64,000 nucleotides of DNA from Candidatus Latescibacterota bacterium (GTDB lineage: Bacteria > Latescibacterota > UBA2968), in NCBI GenBank assembly GCA_965204745.1, contig OZ242010.1, forward strand, positions 5,280,001-5,344,000. Direction: 5' to 3'. Position 1 is the stretch's first letter. Every line of letters begins with the position of its first letter. The notes beneath the pieces were generated by a model that was not told the DNA's origin, searched no databases, and saw only the letters and a list, made by a program, of their open reading frames with translations. Below, piece by piece: positions 48,007 to 57,354 of this stretch. Position numbers and translations under genes: made by a program.

Positions 48007-48079
48007 CTCTCACCTCTCACCTCTTGCCTCTTGCTTCTTGCCTCTCACCTCTCGCCTCTCACCTCTCACCTTTCACCTT
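48007..48079. repeat. Heptamer tandem array (TCACCTC/TTGCCTC variants) abutting the permease start
   Basis: About ten 7-bp units read directly. Confidence 0.85.
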
Positions 48080-49078
48080 ATGATCAACTACATCATCCGC
48101 CGATTGTTGCACATGATCCCCACGCTGATCCTGATTTCCATGGTCAGCTTCGCGGTGATTCAAGCGCCGCCGGGCGATATGCTCACGTCTCGCCTCGCGG
48201 AATTGGCCGAGCAGGGCGAGTTGGGGTCCGAAAGCGCGATGGCGCAAATTGACGCCCTGCGCGAACGCTATGGGCTCAACGATCCGATCTACGTGCAATA
48301 CGCGCGCTGGATCTGGAAAATCGTCAGCAAAGGCGATTTTGGGCAATCGTTCACGTACGAAATGGACGTGATGGAACTCTTGGCCGAACGCTTGGGACTC
48401 ACCTTGACCCTGACGCTCTCCACCTTGATCTTTACGTGGATCGTCGCCATACCCATTGGCATCTACTCGGCCACGCGGCAATATTCCATTGGGGATTACG
48501 GCTTTACCTTTCTCGGGTTCATCGGCCTTGCCACCCCCAACTTTTTGCTGGCACTGGTCATTATGTTCATCCAAGTCTCGGTCTTTGAAGCCGAATCGGT
48601 CGGGGGGTTGCTCTCGCCCGAATACATCGGCGCGGCGTGGTCGTGGGCAAAATTTGTCGATTTGCTCGAGCACATCTGGGTGCCCATTCTCGTCATTGGC
48701 ACGGGCAGCACGGCGGGCATCATCCGCATTATGCGCGGCAACTTGCTCGACATCCTCGGGCAACAACACATTCAAACCGGGCGCGCCAAGGGCCTCAAAG
48801 AAGGCAAGGTCATCGTCAAGTACGGCGTCCGCATTGCCATCAACCCGTTGGTCAGCCGCCTCGGCCTCGAGTTGCCCGGCCTGCTCTCGGGCGCGGTTGT
48901 GACCGGCATCGTGCTCGGCTTGCCGACGGCCGGCCCCATTTTTTTGACCGCGCTCACGTCGCAAGACATGTACTTGGCGGGCGCATTCCTGCTCTTGGCC
49001 GCCACGTTTTTGCTCGTGGGCAATTTGTTGGCGGATATTCTTTTGGCATGGCTCGATCCGAGGATTCGCTATGAGTAG
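48080..49078 (+). CDS. ABC transporter permease (DppB/OppB-like)
   Basis: YIIRRLL.MIPTL, GDFGQSF, RAKGL, LDPRIRY. Confidence 0.92.
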   Translation: MINYIIRRLLHMIPTLILISMVSFAVIQAPPGDMLTSRLAELAEQGELGSESAMAQIDALRERYGLNDPIYVQYARWIWKIVSKGDFGQSFTYEMDVMELLAERLGLTLTLTLSTLIFTWIVAIPIGIYSATRQYSIGDYGFTFLGFIGLATPNFLLALVIMFIQVSVFEAESVGGLLSPEYIGAAWSWAKFVDLLEHIWVPILVIGTGSTAGIIRIMRGNLLDILGQQHIQTGRAKGLKEGKVIVKYGVRIAINPLVSRLGLELPGLLSGAVVTGIVLGLPTAGPIFLTALTSQDMYLAGAFLLLAATFLLVGNLLADILLAWLDPRIRYE

Positions 49079-50201
49079 CATCGATCAAACGACGCCGGAG
49101 GTACAGGCGGAAGAAGCCGCGACCGCGGGCACGTATTCGCAGCGCGAGTTGATCTGGCGGCGGTTCAAAAAACACCGCGCAGGCGTCGTGGGGGGATACG
49201 TGGTGCTCTTTCTGTATGTCTGCGTTTTCATGGGCGAATTTTTGGCGCCGCACGACCCGGCGCATCGCTACTACAACTACGTTCATTTGCCCGCGCAGCG
49301 CGTTCACATCTTTTCCGAGAACGGCATCCACTGGCCCTTTGTCTATGGGATCAAAAAGGCGTTTGACCGGCAAACCGGCATCAAAACCTATACGGAAGAC
49401 GCCTCGGCGCGCTACCCGGTGTACCCGTTTGCCCGCGGCGCGGAATACGCATTTTACGGCCTCTTTCGCACGGATATTCACTTGTTTGGCACGGGCAAGG
49501 GCAACCCGCTGTTCCTCTTGGGCACGGACCGGTTTGGGCGCGACATGCTCTCGCGCATCATCGTGGGCGGGCGCATCTCCCTCACCATTGGCCTGCTCGC
49601 GGTGCTCATCAGCCTCACCCTCGGCTCTGCGCTCGGCGTGATCTCGGGCTATTACGGCGGCCATGTCGATAACATCATCCAGCGCATCATCGAACTGATC
49701 TTTGCGTTTCCATCCATCCCCATTCTCATGGCCCTCAGCGCGATCTTGCCCCCAGAGTGGCCCTCGCATCTCGTTTTTATGGGCATCGTCACCGTGCTCG
49801 CGCTCGTGGGTTGGGGCGGCCTCGCCCGGGAAATCCGCGGCAAGACCCTGTCCATCCGCGAAGCCGATTTCGTGCTGGCGGCCCGCGTGGCCGGCGCCAA
49901 AGACAGGCGCGTCATTTTTCGGCACTTGCTCCCGTCGATGTTTAGCCACATCATCGTCATCGCAACCCTGGCGATTCCGGGATTCATCCTCGGCGAAAGC
50001 ACGTTGAGTTTTCTCGGCTTGGGCATCAAACCGCCCATGACCTCGTGGGGCTTGCTCTTGGCCGACGCGATGAATATTCACTCCCTCAGCTTGTATCCCT
50101 GGCTGCTTTTGCCCGGCGTGTGCATCATCATCGCGGTGCTCGCGTTCAATTTTCTCGGGGATGGGTTGCGCGATGCCGCGGATCCGTATTCGAGCAGATA
50201 G
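49071..50201 (+). CDS. ABC transporter permease (DppC/OppC-like)
   Basis: LGTDRFGRD, GESTLSFLGLG, FNFLGDGLRDAADP. Confidence 0.92.
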   Translation: MSSIDQTTPEVQAEEAATAGTYSQRELIWRRFKKHRAGVVGGYVVLFLYVCVFMGEFLAPHDPAHRYYNYVHLPAQRVHIFSENGIHWPFVYGIKKAFDRQTGIKTYTEDASARYPVYPFARGAEYAFYGLFRTDIHLFGTGKGNPLFLLGTDRFGRDMLSRIIVGGRISLTIGLLAVLISLTLGSALGVISGYYGGHVDNIIQRIIELIFAFPSIPILMALSAILPPEWPSHLVFMGIVTVLALVGWGGLAREIRGKTLSIREADFVLAARVAGAKDRRVIFRHLLPSMFSHIIVIATLAIPGFILGESTLSFLGLGIKPPMTSWGLLLADAMNIHSLSLYPWLLLPGVCIIIAVLAFNFLGDGLRDAADPYSSR

Positions 50202-50224
50202 CGCGGATCGTTTGAGGACTTCCC

Positions 50225-51214
50225 ATGACACAACCGCTTTTGGACATCTGCGACCTCAAAACCTATTTTTACACGGACGATGGGATCGTGCGCGCAGTCG
50301 ATGGCGTGTCCCTGTCCATGATGCCGCAACAGACCCTGGGCGTGGTGGGCGAATCCGGGTGCGGCAAAAGCATCACGGCATTTTCGACCATGCGCCTCAT
50401 CCCAAGCCCGCCGGGCAAAATCGAAAACGGGCAGATTTTGTTTCGCAAAACCCCAAAAAGCGATCCCATCGACCTGACCCAACTCAACCCCAAAGGCGCG
50501 CAGATGCGCGGGATTCGCGGGAATGACATCGCCATGATCTTTCAAGAACCCATGACCTCGCTCAGCCCGGTCCACACCGTGGGCAACCAGATCGGCGAAG
50601 CCATTATGTTGCACCAAAATGCGGACAAAACCGAGGCTCGGGAACGCGCCATTGACGCGCTCAACAAGGTGCGCCTGCCGCGTCCGGACCGCCAGGTCGA
50701 TGCCTATCCCCACGAACTTTCGGGCGGGATGCGCCAACGCGCGATGATCGCCATGGCCCTGTCGTGCAACCCCAACTTGCTCATCGCGGACGAACCCACC
50801 ACGGCCTTAGATGTGACGGTGCAGGCCCAAATTTTGGACCTGATGCGCCAACTGCAATCCGATATCGGCATGGCGATTATGCTCATCACGCACGACTTGG
50901 GCGTGGTCGCCAGCATGGCGGATTACGTCGCGGTGATGTATTTGGGCAAGATCGTCGAGTATGCCGACACGCGCACCATTTTCAAAAACCCGCGCCATCC
51001 CTATACCAAGGGCTTGCTGAACTCCCTTCCCCAAGTGGGGCACAAACGCCGGCTCGTGCCCATTGAAGGCGCGATTCCAGATCCGTTTGAAATCCCCCAG
51101 GGCTGTGCTTTTGCCCCGCGTTGCCCGCACGCCATGCGAAAGTGCCGCGAAGAACCGCAACTCCTCGAAATCGCATCGGGCCATCGCGTGAGTTGTTGGT
51201 TGGAAAATGATTGA
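50225..51214 (+). CDS. ABC transporter ATP-binding protein (DppD/OppD-like)
   Basis: [28 protein letters not shown]. Confidence 0.93.
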   Translation: MTQPLLDICDLKTYFYTDDGIVRAVDGVSLSMMPQQTLGVVGESGCGKSITAFSTMRLIPSPPGKIENGQILFRKTPKSDPIDLTQLNPKGAQMRGIRGNDIAMIFQEPMTSLSPVHTVGNQIGEAIMLHQNADKTEARERAIDALNKVRLPRPDRQVDAYPHELSGGMRQRAMIAMALSCNPNLLIADEPTTALDVTVQAQILDLMRQLQSDIGMAIMLITHDLGVVASMADYVAVMYLGKIVEYADTRTIFKNPRHPYTKGLLNSLPQVGHKRRLVPIEGAIPDPFEIPQGCAFAPRCPHAMRKCREEPQLLEIASGHRVSCWLEND

Positions 51215-52256
51215 TGGACAAAACGCCATGACAAAAACGAACGCGCAACCCCTCCTCGAAGTGACGCAACTCAAGACCCATTTCCCAATTAAAAAGGGCA
51301 TTTGGCGGCGCGTGGTGGGCTATGTCAAGGCCGTAGATGGGATCGACCTGACCCTGTACCGCGGGGAGACCCTCGGTTTGGTGGGCGAATCCGGCTGCGG
51401 CAAGACCACGGCGGGGCGGTCGATCATTCGCCTGATCGAGCCTTCGGCTGGGAAGATCGTTTTCCACCACAACGGCGAGCCGATTGACCTGCGCGGCTTG
51501 GGCAAGGAAGATATCCGCAACCTGCGGCGCGAATTGCAATACATCTTCCAAGACCCCTTCTCGTCGCTCAACCCGCGCATGACGGTTTTCGACCTCGTGG
51601 CCGAACCCCTCGTCATCAACCGAGTCGCGTCCGGCGCCGAACTCGAAGACCGCATCGAGCAGTTGCTCATCCGCGTGGGCTTGCGTCCGGATCACCTGCG
51701 CCGCTATCCCCATGCGTTTTCGGGGGGGCAACGCCAGCGCATCGGCATTGCCCGCGCCCTCGCGCTCAATCCCAAACTCGTCATTGCCGACGAGCCGGTC
51801 TCTGCCCTCGACGTGTCCGTACAAGCGCAGGTCATCAACCTCCTCGAAGACCTGCAAGAAGCCTTTGGCCTGACGTATTTGTTCATCGCGCACGACCTCG
51901 GCGTCGTGGAACACATTTCGGATCGCGTGGCGGTGATGTACCTCGGTCAGATCATCGAGATCACCACCTCTGAGCGGCTCTATCAAAATCCCCTGCATCC
52001 CTATACCGCGGCCCTTTTATCCGCCGTTCCAGTTGCGGACCCGGATGATCGACGCCAGCGCATCTCTATCGAAGGCGATGTGCCCGATCCCGCGGATGCC
52101 CCATCCGGATGCAAATTTCACACGCGCTGCCTGTACGCGCAGGACAAGTGCAAAACAGAAGCGCCCCAGCTAAGAGAAATCGAACCGGGGCACGAGGTGA
52201 GTTGCCACTTCGCGGGCGAACTCACATTCTCCGATCACCACGTCGAACCCGCTTGA
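51207..52256 (+). CDS. ABC transporter ATP-binding protein (DppF/OppF-like)
   Basis: [28 protein letters not shown]. Confidence 0.93.
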   Translation: MIDGQNAMTKTNAQPLLEVTQLKTHFPIKKGIWRRVVGYVKAVDGIDLTLYRGETLGLVGESGCGKTTAGRSIIRLIEPSAGKIVFHHNGEPIDLRGLGKEDIRNLRRELQYIFQDPFSSLNPRMTVFDLVAEPLVINRVASGAELEDRIEQLLIRVGLRPDHLRRYPHAFSGGQRQRIGIARALALNPKLVIADEPVSALDVSVQAQVINLLEDLQEAFGLTYLFIAHDLGVVEHISDRVAVMYLGQIIEITTSERLYQNPLHPYTAALLSAVPVADPDDRRQRISIEGDVPDPADAPSGCKFHTRCLYAQDKCKTEAPQLREIEPGHEVSCHFAGELTFSDHHVEPA

Positions 52257-52285
52257 CCTGGGACCGTGCTTTGGTATTTTGAAAA

Positions 52286-52564
52286 ATGAACTGGACCGTC
52301 ACAATAGGTACGAGGGCACAAAAACAAATCAGGCGTTTACCCGAACAGATCAAAAAGAATCTTGTTGCTCTGATCAGAGAGATTGAAGTGGCAGGTCCAG
52401 TTCGTGGGAACTGGCCTAATTATAGCTCTCTCGGAAGAAATCGGCACCATTGTCACATCAAAAAAGGAAGACCGACTTACGTCTCTGTTTGGGAAGTAAA
52501 GGACAAAAACATCAAACTGGTAGAGGTGACTTATGCAGGTACCCATGAAAAAGCACCGTACTGA
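52286..52564 (+). CDS. RelE/ParE-superfamily toxin (HigB-like arrangement)
   Basis: 92 aa basic. W.V...A.KQ...LP, GP.RGNWPNYS.L, HHCHIKKG.PTYV, YAGTHEKAPY. Overlaps the downstream HTH gene. Confidence 0.78.
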   Translation: MNWTVTIGTRAQKQIRRLPEQIKKNLVALIREIEVAGPVRGNWPNYSSLGRNRHHCHIKKGRPTYVSVWEVKDKNIKLVEVTYAGTHEKAPY

Positions 52565-52889
52565 AGCAGACACCATTGAACTGCGCTTTCTCGGTCCGCA
52601 AGAAAAACGCAAGCAAGCCATTCGCGTACTCGATTCCATGGGCTTTGTGGATATATCCGATTCAGTTCCCTGGCAGGCGTGTTTTTCGTATGCTGACGAA
52701 CAGTTGCCCAGCATTTCTCTGGCGGGAGCAAGGGAAAAGGAAGGGTTGACACAACGAGAACTGTCTCGGTTGACGGGCATTCCGCAACGACGTATTTCAG
52801 AAATGGAAAATGGCAAACGGCCCATTCAAAAAGAAACAGCGAAAAAACTGGGGAAAACACTCAACATCAGCTATAAAGTCTTTCTGTGA
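52533..52889 (+). CDS. XRE-family HTH antitoxin (HigA-like)
   Basis: AREKEGLTQRELSRLTGIPQRRISEMENGKRPI...AKKL. Confidence 0.85.
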   Translation: MQVPMKKHRTEADTIELRFLGPQEKRKQAIRVLDSMGFVDISDSVPWQACFSYADEQLPSISLAGAREKEGLTQRELSRLTGIPQRRISEMENGKRPIQKETAKKLGKTLNISYKVFL

Positions 52890-52952
52890 ACCGACAGATC
52901 GCCTAAAAATATCCACTGAAATTTTTTGACGCTCGTCTTTCCGAGGGAAGCG

Positions 52953-53750
52953 ATGTCTTTGACGCAAGCGCAAATTGACCGCTTTCGCAAGTGGGGGTAC
53001 GCGGTCGTGCCCGATATGTTCACGCGGCGGGAAGTGCGTGCGATGCGCGGGGAACTCGACCGCTTCAAGCGCGAGGGGCTTCTCCGCAATGTGGCGACGG
53101 ATGGCGATGGGCAAACCCATTCGCAAACGCAGATCAACTTGCAGATTTGCCCCATCACCCCCAAGAGTGCGTTTTACCGCGCCCTGCACTTTCACCCCAA
53201 GGTCATCGCGCTCGTCGAACAACTCATCGGCTCGCCCTTTGTGTTCTACCTCGATCAGATCTTTCTCAAACCCGGCAAACAGGGCATTGGCACGGACTGG
53301 CATCAGGACAACGCCTATTTCAAAGTCAGGGACCCGGGCAAAGGCGTTGGGATGTGGGTTGCCCTGCACGATGCGACTATCGCCAACGGCACCTTGCACA
53401 TCATTCCCGGCAGCCATCGAGAAAACCATGCCCACGACCGCGATCCCAACAGCGACCACCACATTCACTGCGCCGTGCCCGAAGAGAGGGCCATCCCCAT
53501 TGAATTGCCGGCCGGAGGCGCGGTCTTTTTTAATTTTGGCATCGCGCACAGCACCCGCGCAAATACCACAGCCCGAGAACGCGCGGGCCTTGCCCTGCAT
53601 TTTTTGAACGCGGACTATATTCCCGAAAACATCAGAGGCACGCGGCGATATACCCACCTCACAGGCCCTCTCGCCACGGGTGGGAAGAGGGAATACGGCC
53701 GCTGCATTGCCAACACTTGGCGCGATGAAGTGGATCGCGTGCTTGGGTGA
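52953..53750 (+). CDS. PhyH-family Fe(II)/2OG dioxygenase
   Basis: FRKWGY, FLKPG, WHQDNAYF, NGTLHIIPGSH, AHST.AN...R. Confidence 0.9.
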   Translation: MSLTQAQIDRFRKWGYAVVPDMFTRREVRAMRGELDRFKREGLLRNVATDGDGQTHSQTQINLQICPITPKSAFYRALHFHPKVIALVEQLIGSPFVFYLDQIFLKPGKQGIGTDWHQDNAYFKVRDPGKGVGMWVALHDATIANGTLHIIPGSHRENHAHDRDPNSDHHIHCAVPEERAIPIELPAGGAVFFNFGIAHSTRANTTARERAGLALHFLNADYIPENIRGTRRYTHLTGPLATGGKREYGRCIANTWRDEVDRVLG

Positions 53751-53833
53751 ATCGTGCGTGCCCATCCTCTCTACCCCGCCGCTTTGGGCGATGCCCCCGT
53801 GTCCGCCCGCCGAAAAAAAATTGAAATTAGCTG

Positions 53834-53862
53834 TTGACATGTTTCCCCAAATCAGATAGTTT
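53834..53862 (+). promoter_or_regulatory. Sigma-70-type promoter for the viperin-containing unit
   Basis: TTGACA-17 bp-TAGTTT preceded by an A-tract. Confidence 0.6.
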
Positions 53863-53899
53863 TTGAGCAGAACATAGAACCTCGTGCTTTGATGCGTTT

Positions 53900-54040
53900 T
53901 GCATCTCTTCCGATCCCGATGGTCTCAGTCGGGAATCCTACGGGTTCGACAATCTGTAACGGGATGCGCGGATTGTTTGGTTTTATTCGACAAGCCGATA
54001 ATCCCGTTCGATTGCCCCACTTGGGATAGGGTGTCGCTTA
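53900..54040 (+). ncRNA. Candidate structured leader RNA with H-type pseudoknot
   Basis: Stem 53948-53957/53968-53977; loop AACGGGAT (53958-53965) is complementary to ATCCCGTT (54001-54008). Further hairpins on either side. Confidence 0.35.
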
Positions 54041-54054
54041 ACAAAGGAGTGGGA

Positions 54055-55854
54055 ATGAGCGAAGCCAAAGATGGCCGTTCTGGCCTTGTTTTTCCGCTAC
54101 GCGATTCTTCTTCCGAAGAAATTTTCCTCATTGTGCAGTGCCTTCAGGACGCTGGTTTTTCCCGCCATGACCGAGCATGGCTGGTGCGCGTTTTTGAACG
54201 CCCAGATTGTTTTGGCGATCCCAACGGGGACGCTGTGTTGAAAGAGGCGTTTGCGGCTTCTTTTGAGCATGTTCTGCCCGGCGTCGTGGAAGAATTGGGC
54301 GAACCGGAGCAAACCGAGGAAGACAGGCAGAACCGCTTGGCACTTCTGTTCGGGTTCCTGCTTGGCTTTGGGCCGATCTACAGCGAGGTGGTTCTACCCG
54401 ATGACAGGCTCGGAAAATCGGGCGACGCTTGGCATGTTCCCGCGTGGGTTGGCGCGTTCCAAAAGCACGCGAGGTTTTGTGCGAAAAGTCTGGGTTGGCA
54501 AAAACTCAATGCGTTGCGGGACGCGGGTGTTTTTCGATTCTTTGACCTGATTCCATTTCTCTTTCCCAAAGGCGTGCCATTGGCCCAGGTCGTGGAGTTG
54601 GGCTTGTTAAATCCGATTCTGCGACGCGGATGGTCGAGCGATGATTTTCGGGATCCCAGAGAACTCGAGTTTTGGTTGATCTGGCGATTTCGCACGGATG
54701 CCGAATGCCGCGACATGATTGACCTGCACACGTTATTGCGAGCGTTTTCAGAGTTTCCCGATGGCGTTTTGGGCGATAAAATACTCGGGCTGTTGAACGC
54801 CATCGAATACGCTATGAACCTGGGATCGGCATTGGGCGATAAACGCCTGAATGCGTTGGGCGACGGATGGCGGGTTGTTGCACGGGAGTTGACGCCGTTT
54901 TGGGAACTGTTGAATGGGAAATCGCCAGAGTCGCAGCCGCAACCCTCATCCCTGCTCAAAGCATGGTGGCGGTTGGCTGTGGCGATTCACTACAAAAGTA
55001 TGGGTGGGTTGGAATCCGATCTCGCCGATGAACTCAGGAACCAGCTCGTCGAAAGTGCCGCACGGCACATTGGGATTTTGCGAAAGATAGTGCGAGAAAC
55101 GCCTGAAAATTTTGCAGGTAGGGATTCGACGGGAATGCCCGTTTCCGATTTTTACGACAAGGCGTTTGAAGTGCTGTGCATTTTTGCACCCCCGTGGAAA
55201 TGTCTGAAGTCCTTATTGCTGGCTTTTTCCGAGATGACCGTGCCGGCCATTGCATCTGATCTGCGGCCATGGGCAGAAGCGAACAGAGAAGCCCCGCCGC
55301 ATCCGCATCATCACATCCCGCTGTGGATCGGCATCGCCATGTATCCGCAGAATCTTCGGAATGAATTGAAGCGAGACCCGCACTTGCGGCGGTTGCGCGA
55401 GGAGTTCGCCAAATTTTGCCTCGACCGGCTCAAAACAAAAAAAATTGACACCGAGGCGAAAACCGAGGTGTCTGATTACGCAGATGAAGAATTTGTCGAA
55501 CCGCGTCGCCCGTGGCGACGGTGCTATGTGCAAGCCGTAACCGCATTGCGCGTCAATCCCGGCGGCCGGGCGCACAGAACCCTGTTCTGGCTTTCTAGGA
55601 ATGATCCGGATAAAACGGTCCGAGAATTTGCAAAACGAGCGCACGGACAAATTCGGCATCTCAACCGCAACAAATCGAATTTAGATCGCGGTGCATCACC
55701 CCGCCGCCCCCTATTTGAAGCCTTTTGGTGGCTTCGCCAAGCGCATCTGTTGACGCTCGACAAACCGATTGATGAGGCGGGCGCGCTGCGAACGCGCAGA
55801 ACGGAGTTGCACCGCACCCGCGAGAAAGCTGATCGCCTCAATTGGGAAGCATAG
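54055..55854 (+). CDS. Hypothetical protein, 599 aa, Trp/Leu/Arg-rich, probably alpha-helical
   Basis: Long ORF, SD aaggag before ATG 54055. No family recognised; C-terminal DPDKTVREFAK looks HEAT-like. Confidence 0.8.
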   Translation: MSEAKDGRSGLVFPLRDSSSEEIFLIVQCLQDAGFSRHDRAWLVRVFERPDCFGDPNGDAVLKEAFAASFEHVLPGVVEELGEPEQTEEDRQNRLALLFGFLLGFGPIYSEVVLPDDRLGKSGDAWHVPAWVGAFQKHARFCAKSLGWQKLNALRDAGVFRFFDLIPFLFPKGVPLAQVVELGLLNPILRRGWSSDDFRDPRELEFWLIWRFRTDAECRDMIDLHTLLRAFSEFPDGVLGDKILGLLNAIEYAMNLGSALGDKRLNALGDGWRVVARELTPFWELLNGKSPESQPQPSSLLKAWWRLAVAIHYKSMGGLESDLADELRNQLVESAARHIGILRKIVRETPENFAGRDSTGMPVSDFYDKAFEVLCIFAPPWKCLKSLLLAFSEMTVPAIASDLRPWAEANREAPPHPHHHIPLWIGIAMYPQNLRNELKRDPHLRRLREEFAKFCLDRLKTKKIDTEAKTEVSDYADEEFVEPRRPWRRCYVQAVTALRVNPGGRAHRTLFWLSRNDPDKTVREFAKRAHGQIRHLNRNKSNLDRGASPRRPLFEAFWWLRQAHLLTLDKPIDEAGALRTRRTELHRTREKADRLNWEA

Positions 55855-55902
55855 TGTCCCCCTGCGGCGATAGATACCAACGAGAAAGGAGGTGATGAGA
55901 AT

Positions 55903-56067
55903 ATGGCGAAAATCAGTGGCAATCGCTCGGGCGGTACCCGCAGTGGCGGTAAAGGTGGTCGGCAAAGCGGCGGTCAAAGCAAAAGCCGTGGAAGTGGCGG
56001 CTGGCCGAGCAAGACCGGCAACCGCTCCGGCACTGGCCGAACCAATGCCCCGCCGAAAAGCAAATGA
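55903..56067 (+). CDS. Small Gly/Ser/Lys/Arg-rich peptide, 54 aa (absent from the ORF track)
   Basis: Perfect SD AAGGAGGTGA at 55886-55895. MAKISGNRSGGTRSGGKGGRQSGGQSKSRGSGGWPSKTGNRSGTGRTNAPPKSK*. Confidence 0.72.
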   Translation: MAKISGNRSGGTRSGGKGGRQSGGQSKSRGSGGWPSKTGNRSGTGRTNAPPKSK

Positions 56068-56200
56068 ACTGATCGGAAGGTGCTGATAACGCCAGTTCAT
56101 TCACGCGATCAACACCTTCCGCCAACAACTGGTGCGTCCGCACTTCGTGGCTCAATAGCCACCCGTTTGATCTCTTCGAGATCGTGCTATGGCGCATCCT
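56063..56200 (+). ncRNA. Candidate structured RNA (pseudoknot or switch, plus multibranch domain) upstream of viperin
   Basis: 56063-56071 pairs with 56093-56101 (9 bp); 56074-56087 pairs with 56108-56121 (13/14). Hairpins at 56147-56162 and 56169-56183 are enclosed by 56131-56143/56184-56198. Confidence 0.4.
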
Positions 56201-56243
56201 TTCAAGACAATTTTTGAATCGCCTTGTCAAAGGAGAAAGGATC

Positions 56244-57143
56244 ATGAAAATGACCATCAATTCCCCCGATCTGTCGCAGAAAATTCCATCGGTCAACTAC
56301 CATCTCTGGGAGCCGTGCAACATGCGTTGCAAGTTCTGTTTTGCCACATTTCAAGATGTCAAGCGAGACATGGAACTGCCCAAAGGTCACTTGCCGGAGA
56401 ATGAGTGTCTCTCGGTCGTGGATCGACTTGCCGAAGCCGGTTTTGAAAAGATCAATTTTGCCGGCGGAGAACCCACGCTTTGCCCTTGGTTGCCAAACTT
56501 GATCAAGCGGGCAAAGAACCATGAGATGGTCACCTCCATCGTTACAAATGGATCGAGAATCACCGATCCATGGCTGGACGGGCTGAACGGAAGTTTGGAC
56601 TGGATCGCGTTGAGCATTGATACCGTTGATCCGGAAAAACTGAAACGCTCGGGTCGCGCACTTGGTGGTGGAAAGAAACCCATGACCGAGGAAGAATATC
56701 TGGGCATCATCCGCACCGTAAAGCGACGAGGGGTTCGGCTGAAAATCAACACGGTCATCACTTCTGAAACGTGGCAAGAGGATTTTACCGACTTCATCAG
56801 ATCGGCCAAACCGGAGCGATGGAAGTTGCTCCAAGCCCTCCGCGTCGAGGGGCAAAATGACGCGCATATCGCCGATTTCGAGATCGCGCCAGAGCAATTC
56901 GAGGCGTACGTCCAACGCAATCGCATCGTCGAAAATGACGGTATTATCGTCGTGCCAGAGAGCAATGAAATGATGACGGAAAGTTATGTCATGATCGACC
57001 CAGCGGGCCGCTTTTTTGATAACGCACAAGGTGCCCATACTTATAGCCGCCCTATTTTGGAGGTTGGCATTGAAGATGCTTTGCAGGATGTATCGGTTGA
57101 CCGTGAACGTTTTCTCAAAAGAGGAGGGCAGTATGAGTGGTGA
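56244..57143 (+). CDS. Prokaryotic viperin (RSAD2-like antiviral radical SAM enzyme), 299 aa
   Basis: SVNYHLWEPCNMRCKFCF, KINFAGGEP, SIVTNGS, KINTVI, RWK.LQ.L...GQN, M..SYVMIDPAGRF, C-terminal F.KRGG.Y.W. Confidence 0.93.
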   Translation: MKMTINSPDLSQKIPSVNYHLWEPCNMRCKFCFATFQDVKRDMELPKGHLPENECLSVVDRLAEAGFEKINFAGGEPTLCPWLPNLIKRAKNHEMVTSIVTNGSRITDPWLDGLNGSLDWIALSIDTVDPEKLKRSGRALGGGKKPMTEEEYLGIIRTVKRRGVRLKINTVITSETWQEDFTDFIRSAKPERWKLLQALRVEGQNDAHIADFEIAPEQFEAYVQRNRIVENDGIIVVPESNEMMTESYVMIDPAGRFFDNAQGAHTYSRPILEVGIEDALQDVSVDRERFLKRGGQYEW

Positions 57144-57343
57144 TACACTCCCGCGCTGAAGCGAAGCGGGGTGAGGCCGTTAGAAATGAGGAGCGAAACC
57201 TCGCTGAGAAAGTTGCCCGACGCGAGGCAGTGCTTCAGGCGTACCGGATGTTTGACCCGATTGAGATCGATACCAGTCACCTCGATCCCGATGCCGTACT
57301 CGTAGCGGTGCTCGAGGTTCTGCACAAATCCGTATTGTGTTAA
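57137..57343 (+). pseudogene. C-terminal fragment of a nucleoside monophosphate kinase (CMPK2/thymidylate kinase-like), no P-loop
   Basis: RG....EE..L......R..V..AY.....IEIDTS.....V...VL..L resembles the recalled lid and C-terminal part of CMPK2-type kinases. Overlaps the viperin stop. Confidence 0.55.
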
Positions 57344-57354
57344 GCATCTGATAC

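Noticed and set aside
56050-56121. Programmed -1 frameshift or readthrough from the peptide into viperin
   Set aside because: No canonical X XXY YYZ slippery heptamer in frame, the stop lies within stem 1, and viperin has its own SD.
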